From assembly GCA_038212075.1 (NCBI GenBank), contig JBBQUV010000004.1:12317-76316 (forward strand): 64,000 nucleotides of DNA, read 5' to 3'. Of this stretch, positions 46,048-55,608 are shown in pieces (position 1 is the stretch's first letter; each line of letters opens with the position of its first letter). The position numbers and the translations under genes are program-made. The DNA comes from Minisyncoccia bacterium (GTDB lineage Bacteria; Patescibacteriota; Minisyncoccia; Phycocordibacterales; Phycocordibacteraceae). The notes under the pieces were generated by a model. The model was not told the origin of the DNA and searched no databases. It saw only the letters and a program-made list of their open reading frames with translations.

Positions 46048-46890
46048 ATGGCGACGAAAAACGTCGTTCTTGAAGGAAAAACGAAACATATTCACCCACT
46101 CGATGTCTTGGTGGAAGCCAAAAACTTCGTGACCTGGGGGAATAAACACTCGGCAGAAATGTCGGGCAAGGGGGAAATGTCGACCAGAACAATGGTGGCG
46201 ATGTTTCGCTTGCTTGAGGCGAACGGCCGCCGGGCGGTTTTTCAAGGGCAAACATCGGCGACGATGTACCGCGCGCGCTTCTCGCACATGATTCTGCTTG
46301 AAGTCGTCGTGCGGTTCCGCAATGAAGAATTAGGTTCGCTCCACAAGCGCCGTCCCGATTTGCCACTTGGACTTTTGCCGAAACCGCTCGTCGAGTTCTA
46401 TCTGAAGTCGAGCGGTGAAGAGTTCGGCGGCGTGAAGTTGCCGGGCGATGACCCGCTCATCACTTCATGGAACGACGAAGGCGTCTTCGTTCATCCGGCG
46501 GGCAAGTCGGTGGAAGGCGATGGCCTGTTCGTTCCTTTTGCGGCGGAAGGATGGTCGTCTGCTCTTTCGGATCTGTTCAGTCTTTTGGCGCGTGAAGCGC
46601 TGATTGACGCGACGATCGTCCGCAAGGGCTGGCTGGCTGTTAAGTGGGATATGGGAGATGTGAAGCTCGAATACGGCTTCGTCATTTCCCATAATAATGG
46701 CGACGCTATTGCGACGCTCTACCTCGCTGAAGCGCCGAGCAATGACGAGTGGCGCATTCGCGACCCGAAAGGCATAGAGCGGAGCAAGCAGAACATCCGC
46801 AACGGTAAACCGGTGAAGGATGCTATCGAGGATTACTTCCTCGTCGCTCGCGCGGCGGAGATGATTCGCTTTAGCAAAGTACACAAATAG
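46048..46890 (+). CDS. Divergent SAICAR synthetase (PurC)-fold protein
   Basis: EGKTK, GKG, LEVVVR...GS, PLVEFYLK, DDP, DVKLEYG, D..RI.D, SKQ..R. Confidence 0.7.
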   Translation: MATKNVVLEGKTKHIHPLDVLVEAKNFVTWGNKHSAEMSGKGEMSTRTMVAMFRLLEANGRRAVFQGQTSATMYRARFSHMILLEVVVRFRNEELGSLHKRRPDLPLGLLPKPLVEFYLKSSGEEFGGVKLPGDDPLITSWNDEGVFVHPAGKSVEGDGLFVPFAAEGWSSALSDLFSLLAREALIDATIVRKGWLAVKWDMGDVKLEYGFVISHNNGDAIATLYLAEAPSNDEWRIRDPKGIERSKQNIRNGKPVKDAIEDYFLVARAAEMIRFSKVHK

Positions 46891-46913
46891 TCGCGAAGGC
46901 AACACGAAGAACT

Positions 46914-46946
46914 GAAGACGGCTGCGCAAGCAACCGTCTTCTTTTT
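46914..46946 (+). terminator. Terminator of PurC-like gene
   Basis: GAAGACGGCTGC-gcaa-GCAACCGTCTTC followed by TTTTT. Confidence 0.75.
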
Positions 46947-46998
46947 ATCCCGAGCTGAAAGAAAGACGGTAGTAACTGTATCGTATACTAAAGAGGTA

Positions 46999-49764
46999 AT
47001 GGAGGGAGCATTTGAGGCACCAGCACAACCCTTGCAGAGCCCTGAAGAGGAGCTCGCGTATTTGCGTGCGCAGGTGCAGGCAAAAGAAAAACAGCTTGCG
47101 GCGCTTCAGCAAGAACAACCGCGAGAAGCGATTGTAGAGGAACGCATTTTGCACCATCACCAAGCGGCACCACAAACCGTGCTCGCGCCACAGTACGAAC
47201 TGCCACAAACCGAAGCGCATGCGCTCGCGCTTAATCTTGACCCAGAAGCCGACGACGAAACCATGAGCGAACTTCGTGGGATTATGGAAGAAAAGGGCAT
47301 TAAAAACGCGCTTACTGTTCTTGAAAAATTAAACAGCCCGCACTTGGAGGACGATTTTCATCGGTTTCTTGCCCAATACATTCTTTCTGGAATGCCGGCG
47401 CGCGGGCTTGAAGAAAAGAAACCAGAATGGAAGGCACTTCATATGACGCTCTACGAAATTGCGCTTCCAGAACCGTCTGCGGAAGACGAACAAAATAATC
47501 GCGTCAAGCCGCTCAAAGAGCTTATTTCTGCGATGGAGCAGTTTTATTCAGGAATGCTTTCGGTAGAACACGCCGACCCAAACGAACCATCATATTTTTC
47601 AATGGAGCTTGCGGTGCCTGCAAACCATGCACAACTTTTCTTTTATGTGGGCGTACCAAACCATAAAAAAGACCTCTTTGAGAAACAAATACTTTCCATA
47701 TTTCCAAACGCACGCATCATACCGCAATCAAACGACTACAACATTTTTGTGCCTGATGGCTCAGCGTGCGGGTCGGTGGCTTCGCTTGCCACGTGGCCTG
47801 CACTCCCTCTAAAAGACTACGAAAACTTTGACTACGACCCATTGAATAGTGTGCTCAACGCATTTGCAAAAATAGAAGCAGAAGGAGAAGGTGCGGCGCT
47901 CCAAATTATTATTGAACCAGCAGGAGAGCAATACCACGAGCATTATAGAAAAATCCTCCAAGGGCTTCGCAAGGGAGAGAACCGACTGCGCGCACTTTCA
48001 ACACCAGCTGGCTTGCTCGGAGAGACTGCGCGAGAATTTGGCAGTTTCTTGTTTGGCGCCACCAAAGAAAAGAAAGAAGAATACGAAAATAAAATTCGTA
48101 GTTCCGATATAAACAAATTGGATATAGAGCAAGTGGAGCGCAAAATCGCTACGCCAATCGTGAACACCACTATTCGCATGATTGTCTCATCGTCCGACGC
48201 ACACCGCGCGCAGGCGGGGCTTATAGATCTTGAATCGTCATTCAATCAATTTACAAACACGGTAGGGAACCAGCTTACGTTTAATCGCCCAACTGCATCG
48301 CGTGCAAAGAGTGTTTTCCACGACTTCTCCTACCGGCTCCCATCTTCCACGAAGATGCCCCTTTCTTTGAAGGAAATCACGACCATGTATCACTTCCCAC
48401 CAAAGGGAATAGAATCGACGCCACAATTGAGCCAGTCGCGCTTCACGGCCGCGGCCGCGCCACTTGGTATTCCCCAAGCGGGCACGCTTCTTGGTACCAA
48501 TTCATTCCGTGGAAAGACATCCAACGTATGTCTTGAGCTTGAAGACCGTTTGCGCCACCTCTACATCATTGGACAAACCGGTACTGGTAAAACAGTGTTT
48601 ATGAAAAATCTTGCCATTCAAGATATTCTTGCAGGCAATGGCGTGTGCTTCATTGATCCGCACGGTAACGACATTTTGGATATTCTTGCCGCCATTCCAC
48701 CCGAACGCTATGAAGACGTCATTTATTTTGACCCAGCAGACATCAAACGTCCGTTCGGACTTAATCTTTTGGAATACGATGCCGCGCATCCGGAGCAAAA
48801 AACATTCATCGTGAACGAACTACTCGCCATTTTCCGTCGTTTGTACGGCGATGTTCCTGAGTCTATGGGTCCCGCGTTTGAACAGTACTTCAGAAACGCA
48901 ACGCTTCTCGTGATGGAAGACCCCGCTTCGGGTTCCACTCTGCTCGATGTCGCACGGGTGCTTTCAAACAAACCATTCCGTGATTTGAAGCTCAGCAAGA
49001 GTACCAATCCGGTCATCAATCAATTCTGGCGTGAAATTGCCACACAGGCTGGTGGGGAAGCCTCGCTTGAAAATATCGTGCCCTACATCACCAACAAATT
49101 TGACGACTTCACGGCAAACGATTTTATGCGCCCGATTGTCGGTCAGCAAGAATCGTCCTTTAACTTCCGTGAAGTCATAGATACGAAAAAGATATTGCTC
49201 GTGAATCTTTCAAAGGGTCGCCTTGGTGAACGAAACGCAAACCTGCTAGGGCTTATCTTGGTGGGCAAGCTCTTTATGGCGGCATTGTCGCGTGCCGACG
49301 CCCCCGGTACGCAATTCCCACCATTCTTCTTGTATATCGACGAATTCCAGAACATCACCACCGATTCTATTCCTGGTATTTTGTCGGAAGCCCGCAAATA
49401 CAAGCTTTCCCTCAATATCGCGCACCAATTCCTTGCGCAAGTTGACGAAAAAATTCGCGATGCGGTGTTTGGCAACGTTGGCTCCATGGCAGTATTCCGC
49501 GTCGGGCAGGAAGATGGAGAATTCTTTGAAAAACAATTTGCACCAACCTTTACCGCACTGGATTTTGTGAACATTGAAAACTACAACGCATATATCAAGA
49601 TTCTTGCAAAAGGTGTGCCGCAGAAACCATTTAATATAAAAACACCGGCACCGTTTGCGGGAAATCCAAATCAAATAGATGACCTGCGTGAACTATCATT
49701 CCTTACCTATGGGCGCGACCGTCAACAGGTAGAGAGTATGATTCACGCTCGCTATCTGTCATAA
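46999..49764 (+). CDS. VirD4/TraD/HerA-type coupling ATPase
   Basis: DRLRHLYIIGQTGTGKT (Walker A), IDPHG, LYIDEFQ (Walker B), SEARKY, AHQ. Confidence 0.85.
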   Translation: MEGAFEAPAQPLQSPEEELAYLRAQVQAKEKQLAALQQEQPREAIVEERILHHHQAAPQTVLAPQYELPQTEAHALALNLDPEADDETMSELRGIMEEKGIKNALTVLEKLNSPHLEDDFHRFLAQYILSGMPARGLEEKKPEWKALHMTLYEIALPEPSAEDEQNNRVKPLKELISAMEQFYSGMLSVEHADPNEPSYFSMELAVPANHAQLFFYVGVPNHKKDLFEKQILSIFPNARIIPQSNDYNIFVPDGSACGSVASLATWPALPLKDYENFDYDPLNSVLNAFAKIEAEGEGAALQIIIEPAGEQYHEHYRKILQGLRKGENRLRALSTPAGLLGETAREFGSFLFGATKEKKEEYENKIRSSDINKLDIEQVERKIATPIVNTTIRMIVSSSDAHRAQAGLIDLESSFNQFTNTVGNQLTFNRPTASRAKSVFHDFSYRLPSSTKMPLSLKEITTMYHFPPKGIESTPQLSQSRFTAAAAPLGIPQAGTLLGTNSFRGKTSNVCLELEDRLRHLYIIGQTGTGKTVFMKNLAIQDILAGNGVCFIDPHGNDILDILAAIPPERYEDVIYFDPADIKRPFGLNLLEYDAAHPEQKTFIVNELLAIFRRLYGDVPESMGPAFEQYFRNATLLVMEDPASGSTLLDVARVLSNKPFRDLKLSKSTNPVINQFWREIATQAGGEASLENIVPYITNKFDDFTANDFMRPIVGQQESSFNFREVIDTKKILLVNLSKGRLGERNANLLGLILVGKLFMAALSRADAPGTQFPPFFLYIDEFQNITTDSIPGILSEARKYKLSLNIAHQFLAQVDEKIRDAVFGNVGSMAVFRVGQEDGEFFEKQFAPTFTALDFVNIENYNAYIKILAKGVPQKPFNIKTPAPFAGNPNQIDDLRELSFLTYGRDRQQVESMIHARYLS

Positions 49765-49771
49765 TGTATAT

Positions 49772-52750
49772 ATGAAAATCGGTGGCTTTAACATTCCTCC
49801 AAGAAAACCAAAAGACGATAAAGAACCGGAAGATCTTCGCGGTAATAGAGACTCACTTCCGGAGCTTGGTGGCATGTCGCCCGCTGATTTTAGGAATCAA
49901 CCACTGCCCGCACCCCAAGAAGCAAATATTTCTCCTGCAGATTTTCGTAGAGAAAGAGACGGTGGTGAGGCACCACCTATTCGCCCAGAAGACAAGCTTG
50001 GCGCCGGCGCAAGCGCTGAAGAAGTTAAGGTCGCCGTTGCTGACATTCTTGCGGAAGAAAAACCATCAGCAGATACTCGTTCTGAAAACCAAAAACGCTC
50101 AGAGCGCGGGGAATCCTACTCTGCAGACTGGGCAGGCTCGGGTAAAAGTCCTGCTGAAGTAATTGCCTTGAAGCAACGTCTTGAATCGCTCGTGGGTGCG
50201 GTGCAAGCAAAAACAAAAAAATGGAAAGAAGACTCTGAGGCCAAAAGTAAGGCAAAGAAAGAGGCAAAAACAAAGAAAGCAAGTGATAAGGCTACTGCCA
50301 AAACACAAAAAGTCGATGCTAAAGAGTCGGCAAAGAAAGAAAAGACCGACAGGAAATCTGCAAAAGAAAGTGTTAATGCTGAAAAAAAGGAAAAAATAAA
50401 ACAAGAACGTATTGAAGCGGTAGACGGCAAGCCGGGCGTGAAAGAAGCAAAACGTAGCGAACTTGCTGACAAGGCAGGCGCAAAGCTTGAGCGAGAGAAT
50501 ATGATAAGTGCAGAAAAAGAATATTTTGCAGAATACAAAACATTTATCACGAAAAATGGCGTTACTAAGCGTCTTTTCAAGAACGTTTTTAATACCAAGG
50601 ATGCCGACCTGCTTGCGAAATTTAAAAACAACTACGACGACGCTCGTGCGCTCTACACTAAACGTCTGCGTCAAACAGTGACTGATCGCGTGGATGAAAA
50701 ATTTGGCATCACTGAATACGACGAAAATAATAACCCTCTCGGAGAGGAGAAGGTTCTGGAGAAGCGAAACAGGATGATTGAGAAATACATGGCGGTTCAG
50801 CGCTTCAACGACGTCATTACTCGTGCGGCAGAAGGACGTACTGAAGCACGAAAGGAAGCGCTGAATGAGCGCGGCAAAGGAACGCTTCGCAAAATGGGAG
50901 ACAAAATCGGCGAATGGAACCGAAACTTGGAAAAGAAATATGGCAAAAGAAATGCCCGCATCATTCGCCTTCTTGGAAGCACTGCCGCGGCATCTGCGCT
51001 CTTTTCACTTAGCGGTGGCGTTGGAGTGCTTGGGTATGCGGCCGGTAAGGTGACGCGTGGGCTCATTAGTATGACCGCCGGTTCAACGGTGGGTGGTATC
51101 GCTGGTCTTGGTTACACCCATACGATAGGAAAATTGATGGAGTATCAGTTGGCACGCACTCGTCGCAGTCAAGGCTCCGGCGCAAATCAAATTCAAAAAG
51201 AGGAACGTGCCCATCGTATCGGAAATAAAAAAGCGATTGAAAAACAACGAATGGTGGTTGAACTTCTTACGGGCGTTGGCCTGTCGTACGAAACCGCAAC
51301 GCATCTTGCTACGGTCGACATAATGCAACACACTGCCGCTTCGGTGAACCACGGTGGTTCAGTACAGTGGGGTGATCATCACAAACCATCAACGATTTCT
51401 TCTAGTCACTCAGCAGGTTCAGAATCCGCTCCAGTGCAATCACATGAATCAAACGGCAGTAACGCCGATTCATCCACGGCGGATACAAACACCGCACCAA
51501 GCGATACGGTTTCTGGCGGAGGCACGCCACCTGCTGACGCTGGAACGGGTGGGGAAACAAGTACCACAGCCCCAAGCCCAGATGATTTTAAATCCATACC
51601 AGAAGGTTCAGATGCTGTAGGAACAGATGGGGCCGCACCTCCGTCTATAGAAAATGCATTGAATTTGCATACTGAAGTGCACGCAGGACAGGGCGCAAAC
51701 CAAGTGTGGGGCGATTTCAAAGAACAGTTGCGAGATAGTGGTGTGCTCAACGATCCAAACACTTCGCCTGAAGCACGCGCCGCAATTCAACACATTCTTG
51801 ATTCAAAACCGGGAGCTCTTTCATCCGAATACGGTTTTGCAACAGAAAACGCGAGCGCGGTGATTCACACAGGGGATTCCATTGATGTCGCGCAAAACGG
51901 GGATATTGTGTTCACTCCACATCATGGTGAAGGAATTGTGCTTGCACACACCGATGCCGACGGCACGGTGCATCCGGCAGACCATTCCGACCTTACAATG
52001 AAGCCAAATCACCCGGTGATTTCTGAGAAACACACTCCACAGCACACCGTTCACCACACACCACACACGACGTCTGTCGATAGTCCGGAAAGTTTGGCCC
52101 AAGTGAAGGCAATCTACGAGTGGGAACACGCTCACCCAGGCGAACCTATTCCACAGAACCTCTACCTTCACACAGACGTCTCTCCACCAGCTCCAGAAAA
52201 TGTTCCAACGCAATCACCGGAAGTTTCTCCAACTCATTCTGATGTCGCGCCACTTCCGCCAACGCATACTGAATTACCTCCACCAGCACCACAAGCAGAT
52301 CTTCTTTCCCGTATTGAATCAGCTCAATCTCCAGAGTCTGTGCGTAGTATTCTTGATGCTGAAATACACGCCCACGGCGTAACGCCTGCATTGATGGCAG
52401 ATCTTATAAAAGAAGCTCCACACATGCCAGCAAACCCGCACCTTGCTTCATATATTGATATTGACTCGAGCGGAACATTGCCCGGCCCAGCTGTATTTCT
52501 GGGTCACGATGGACAGCTAACGGTGTATGGTGCTGCAGATGCCGGTAGTACGTACGAAGCACAACTTAAATTAGCGCACAGCTTTGCCGGAACGTCTGGT
52601 CAACCGGTCAACGTGCTTTTTGCGGATCATTCGCCTGGCCACGTGAAAGTGTATCCGGATGGACACGTAGAAGGGGTTACTAAAGGATTCTTTAGCTCAT
52701 ATCAGCCGCCGGAACCTCTTCAAAAATCAGTATATGTATTTCAACGCTAA
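49772..52750 (+). CDS. Large hypothetical membrane-associated protein (992 aa)
   Basis: Lys/Glu-rich N-region, Gly/Ala-rich hydrophobic segments, Ser/Thr/Pro/His-rich C-region. Confidence 0.75.
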   Translation: MKIGGFNIPPRKPKDDKEPEDLRGNRDSLPELGGMSPADFRNQPLPAPQEANISPADFRRERDGGEAPPIRPEDKLGAGASAEEVKVAVADILAEEKPSADTRSENQKRSERGESYSADWAGSGKSPAEVIALKQRLESLVGAVQAKTKKWKEDSEAKSKAKKEAKTKKASDKATAKTQKVDAKESAKKEKTDRKSAKESVNAEKKEKIKQERIEAVDGKPGVKEAKRSELADKAGAKLERENMISAEKEYFAEYKTFITKNGVTKRLFKNVFNTKDADLLAKFKNNYDDARALYTKRLRQTVTDRVDEKFGITEYDENNNPLGEEKVLEKRNRMIEKYMAVQRFNDVITRAAEGRTEARKEALNERGKGTLRKMGDKIGEWNRNLEKKYGKRNARIIRLLGSTAAASALFSLSGGVGVLGYAAGKVTRGLISMTAGSTVGGIAGLGYTHTIGKLMEYQLARTRRSQGSGANQIQKEERAHRIGNKKAIEKQRMVVELLTGVGLSYETATHLATVDIMQHTAASVNHGGSVQWGDHHKPSTISSSHSAGSESAPVQSHESNGSNADSSTADTNTAPSDTVSGGGTPPADAGTGGETSTTAPSPDDFKSIPEGSDAVGTDGAAPPSIENALNLHTEVHAGQGANQVWGDFKEQLRDSGVLNDPNTSPEARAAIQHILDSKPGALSSEYGFATENASAVIHTGDSIDVAQNGDIVFTPHHGEGIVLAHTDADGTVHPADHSDLTMKPNHPVISEKHTPQHTVHHTPHTTSVDSPESLAQVKAIYEWEHAHPGEPIPQNLYLHTDVSPPAPENVPTQSPEVSPTHSDVAPLPPTHTELPPPAPQADLLSRIESAQSPESVRSILDAEIHAHGVTPALMADLIKEAPHMPANPHLASYIDIDSSGTLPGPAVFLGHDGQLTVYGAADAGSTYEAQLKLAHSFAGTSGQPVNVLFADHSPGHVKVYPDGHVEGVTKGFFSSYQPPEPLQKSVYVFQR

Positions 52751-52760
52751 TTAATTTGTT

Positions 52761-53057
52761 ATGACTGAGACAAAACAAAATGAAATAATTGCCGCTCTCG
52801 GGCTTGAGTTTATGTCTGCTGAAGAACAGGAAGCCACACTTCTAAAACTTGGAGAACTTATAGCACAAGGCACACAGGTGCGTTTGGTAGAGCGAATGGA
52901 CGATGCGACAAGAGACGCCTTTAGCAAACTTCTTTCGAGCAATGCTTCGGAAGAGGAAGTCCATGCCTTTATAAGCGAACATGTGTCCACAGAAGATGAG
53001 GCGGTAAAGGAGACTATTGACGAACTTGCGGATGATATACTTGCCGTAACCAAATAA
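52761..53057 (+). CDS. Small acidic helical protein (DUF5663-like, recalled family)
   Basis: LGL..MSAEEQE..L..LGELI pattern. Confidence 0.55.
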   Translation: MTETKQNEIIAALGLEFMSAEEQEATLLKLGELIAQGTQVRLVERMDDATRDAFSKLLSSNASEEEVHAFISEHVSTEDEAVKETIDELADDILAVTK

Positions 53058-53068
53058 TAATAAGACAT

Positions 53069-53578
53069 ATGAACGTTACCGGTACCGGAGTCGCCATTGG
53101 CACAGCAGTTGTAGTCGCGCTCGCGTTTCTCTTTTTTGGGCCATCAATCCTTAGACCATTTTCAGCACAACCAACGACACAACCTATGACCGATCAAACA
53201 GCAACCGCAGATGCCGCACAACCAGCAGAGCAGGCTCCAGATCCAACAACACTTCAGGTGAATGATACTAAGGTGGGCACAGGTGCAATAGCGGCGGCAG
53301 GCGACACCATCACGGTGAATTATGTTGGTGCCCTTACTGACGGCACGGTGTTTGACGCTTCAGAAAAGCACGGCCAACCATTCAGCTTTACTCTCGGTGC
53401 GGGACAAGTTATTCAGGGCTGGGATCAGGGTATTGTGGGTATGAAAGAGGGAGGCGAGCGCATTTTGGTGATTCCAGCTTCAATGGGATACGGCGCTCAC
53501 GCCACAGGACCAATTCCTGCAAACTCAGCACTTATTTTCAAAGTTGATCTTGTGAAGGTTCAAAAGGGGAGTAAGTAG
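53069..53578 (+). CDS. FKBP-type peptidyl-prolyl isomerase, membrane anchored
   Basis: VNYVG.L.DG.VFD, VIQGWDQG, IP..MGYG, IPANSAL.F.V. Confidence 0.92.
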   Translation: MNVTGTGVAIGTAVVVALAFLFFGPSILRPFSAQPTTQPMTDQTATADAAQPAEQAPDPTTLQVNDTKVGTGAIAAAGDTITVNYVGALTDGTVFDASEKHGQPFSFTLGAGQVIQGWDQGIVGMKEGGERILVIPASMGYGAHATGPIPANSALIFKVDLVKVQKGSK

Positions 53579-53587
53579 TATAAAAAA

Positions 53588-53616
53588 GAGCGCGCATCTT
53601 GTTAGGATGCGCGCTC
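53588..53616 (-). terminator. Terminator of orphan lipoprotein gene
   Basis: GAGCGCGCATCTT-gtt-AGGATGCGCGCTC with A6 on its left. Confidence 0.75.
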
Positions 53617-53643
53617 AAAGACGACGGCTGCGGCTGTTGGCGA

Positions 53644-54174
53644 TTAATGCCGAAGTTCGGCATCCACCTTGGCCTGGATCTCGTCCCAGTGTTCCGTGCG
53701 ACCGGTGTACGCCACCAGGCCCATATATTCCTCCTGCATCTTCGGATCGCGACCGAAGCCATACATCAGGGCTTCGACGGAGGCCCGGAACAGCACCACG
53801 TTATACGTCAGTGCAGTGCCGAGGCCAGAGCCCCCCACTTCGCCGCCGACAATTTCCATCGACTGCTTGAGCGGGTTGCCCGTCACGCCGGCGAGGAAAT
53901 AGCCAGCGGTGGTTCCCGCCAACGTGGCCGCTGTATTGATGACACCCATGTAGGTGGCCTCATCCCGGCCGGGGTTGGCGTAGTCCGCCATTGCTATGGC
54001 GCGCACAAAGTCTTTGTGCACGCATTCGTTGTTGGGATGCGGCAGGCCGCGGCAGGCCGAGACAACCTCGGTCCAAGCAAAGCCCATGTTGTCCTGCGTT
54101 GGAACGTTGTGTGCACAGGCCGAAAGGGCGACTGCGACTGCGAGGACTGCTCCCCGCTTCAGATTATTGGACAT
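53644..54174 (-). CDS. Putative lipoprotein with glycine-zipper-like segments
   Basis: LSAC lipobox, AGTTAGYFLAG and VGGEVGGSGLG segments. Confidence 0.65.
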   Translation of the reverse strand: MSNNLKRGAVLAVAVALSACAHNVPTQDNMGFAWTEVVSACRGLPHPNNECVHKDFVRAIAMADYANPGRDEATYMGVINTAATLAGTTAGYFLAGVTGNPLKQSMEIVGGEVGGSGLGTALTYNVVLFRASVEALMYGFGRDPKMQEEYMGLVAYTGRTEHWDEIQAKVDAELRH

Positions 54175-54249
54175 GAGAACAATCCCTATAATTGCGGCTC
54201 GTGCGCTGACTTTTCAGCACACATAACCAAGAACTTTGAGTTCGAGAGT

Positions 54250-54278
54250 ATTATATACCTCTATATACTACTTGTCAA
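54250..54278 (-). promoter_or_regulatory. Perfect consensus sigma70 promoter
   Basis: TTGACA-17 nt-TATAAT on minus strand. Confidence 0.8.
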
Positions 54279-54336
54279 GGGGTCTAAAAGCCCGTAGATA
54301 CTTGCTCAAATGGGGTGTGGCAGATAGGGTGAAGAA

Positions 54337-55557
54337 GTGAATCCACTCTCATTTTCTATAGAAAAGCGCGCGGCAAAAAGCGCCGCACGTGCAGGCGTGC
54401 TTACTACACCGCATGGAGTGATTAAAACCCCGGCATTTGTACCGGTGGGAACGAAAGCAAATGTGAAAGGTGTACTTCCGCGCGACCTCACCGCACTTGG
54501 TGCGCAAGTGGTGCTTGCCAATACCTATCACTTATATCTTCAACCCGGCGAACAAATAGTAAAGACAGCGGGAGGGCTTGGAACTTTTATGGGCTGGAAT
54601 GGTCCCACCATGACTGACTCGGGCGGCTTCCAAGTATTTTCACTCGGTGCGGCTTTTGGAAAAACCATTTCAAAGTTTGTTAAAAGTGACGCTCCCACTG
54701 AAGAAGCGGTTGCGGTGTACGACGAAGATGTGGCAAGTCAGCATGGACAGCTTGCGATTGTGGACGATGAAGGTGTTTCCTTTACCTCGCACTTGGACGG
54801 TTCGCTTCATCGTTTCACTCCAGAACGTTCAGTAGAAATTCAGCACGCTCTTGGTGCCGACATGTTTTTTGCGTTTGATGAATGCACTTCTCCGACAGCG
54901 CCCTACGAGTACCAGCGCGAAGCGATGGAGCGCACGCATCGATGGGCAGAACGTTCTCTTAAGGCGCATCGGCAAAATATTGACGCACATAAACAACAGG
55001 CGATTTTTGGCATTGTGCAGGGAGGCAGACACGAAGATTTACGAAAAGAATCAGCGCGCGAAATCGCGTCTTTGGGCTTTGACGGCATCGGCATCGGCGG
55101 TTCGTTTAGTAAAGAAGATATGCGTGGCGCGCTTCAGGCGGCGGTACATGAACTTCCGGAAGAACTGCCAAAACATTTTCTTGGTATTGGGGAACCGGGA
55201 GATGTGCTTGAGGGTATTGCAAATGGTATGGATCTTTTTGATTGCGTAGCCGCAACACGTATTGGCCGACACGGCTCTATTTACACCAAGCGCGGCATCA
55301 TTCACCTTACCGGTGAACGATTCAAAAACGATTTCACTCCGCTTGATCCAGAAACCATCATTGCCGGAACAGAAACGTTTACGCGTGCTTATGTCGCACA
55401 TCTTATTCGCGCAAAAGAAATGACGGGCTCTATCATTTGTTCTATGCACAATATTGGCTTCATTGTGAAATTGGTGGACGACGCCCGCGAAGCCATACTA
55501 AACGGCACGTTTGAAACGTTCAGAGAAGACTTTGTGCGAAGCTACTATTCAAAATAA
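54337..55557 (+). CDS. tgt: tRNA-guanine transglycosylase
   Basis: TPAFVPVGT, LANTYHL, TDSGGFQVFSL, DEC, GIVQGG, DLFDCV. Confidence 0.92.
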   Translation: MNPLSFSIEKRAAKSAARAGVLTTPHGVIKTPAFVPVGTKANVKGVLPRDLTALGAQVVLANTYHLYLQPGEQIVKTAGGLGTFMGWNGPTMTDSGGFQVFSLGAAFGKTISKFVKSDAPTEEAVAVYDEDVASQHGQLAIVDDEGVSFTSHLDGSLHRFTPERSVEIQHALGADMFFAFDECTSPTAPYEYQREAMERTHRWAERSLKAHRQNIDAHKQQAIFGIVQGGRHEDLRKESAREIASLGFDGIGIGGSFSKEDMRGALQAAVHELPEELPKHFLGIGEPGDVLEGIANGMDLFDCVAATRIGRHGSIYTKRGIIHLTGERFKNDFTPLDPETIIAGTETFTRAYVAHLIRAKEMTGSIICSMHNIGFIVKLVDDAREAILNGTFETFREDFVRSYYSK

Positions 55558-55560
55558 TTA

Positions 55561-55595
55561 TTTATGGCCGGCTCCTTGCGGATGCCGGCCATAAA
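55561..55595. terminator. Hairpin terminator between tgt and convergent orphan
   Basis: TTTATGGCCGGC...GCCGGCCATAAA. Confidence 0.65.
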
Positions 55596-55608
55596 AGAAC
55601 AGGTGGTT

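Noticed and set aside
46999-49764. Conjugative element or ICE
   Set aside because: No relaxase, VirB4 mating-pair genes, integrase or att repeats; flanked by ordinary chromosomal genes
53599-54297. 232-aa plus-strand ORF, and similar long shadow ORFs (11443-12522 minus, 9456-10256 minus, 55564-56034 plus)
   Set aside because: Antisense to better-supported genes that have motifs, SD/promoter or terminator; no recognisable protein features
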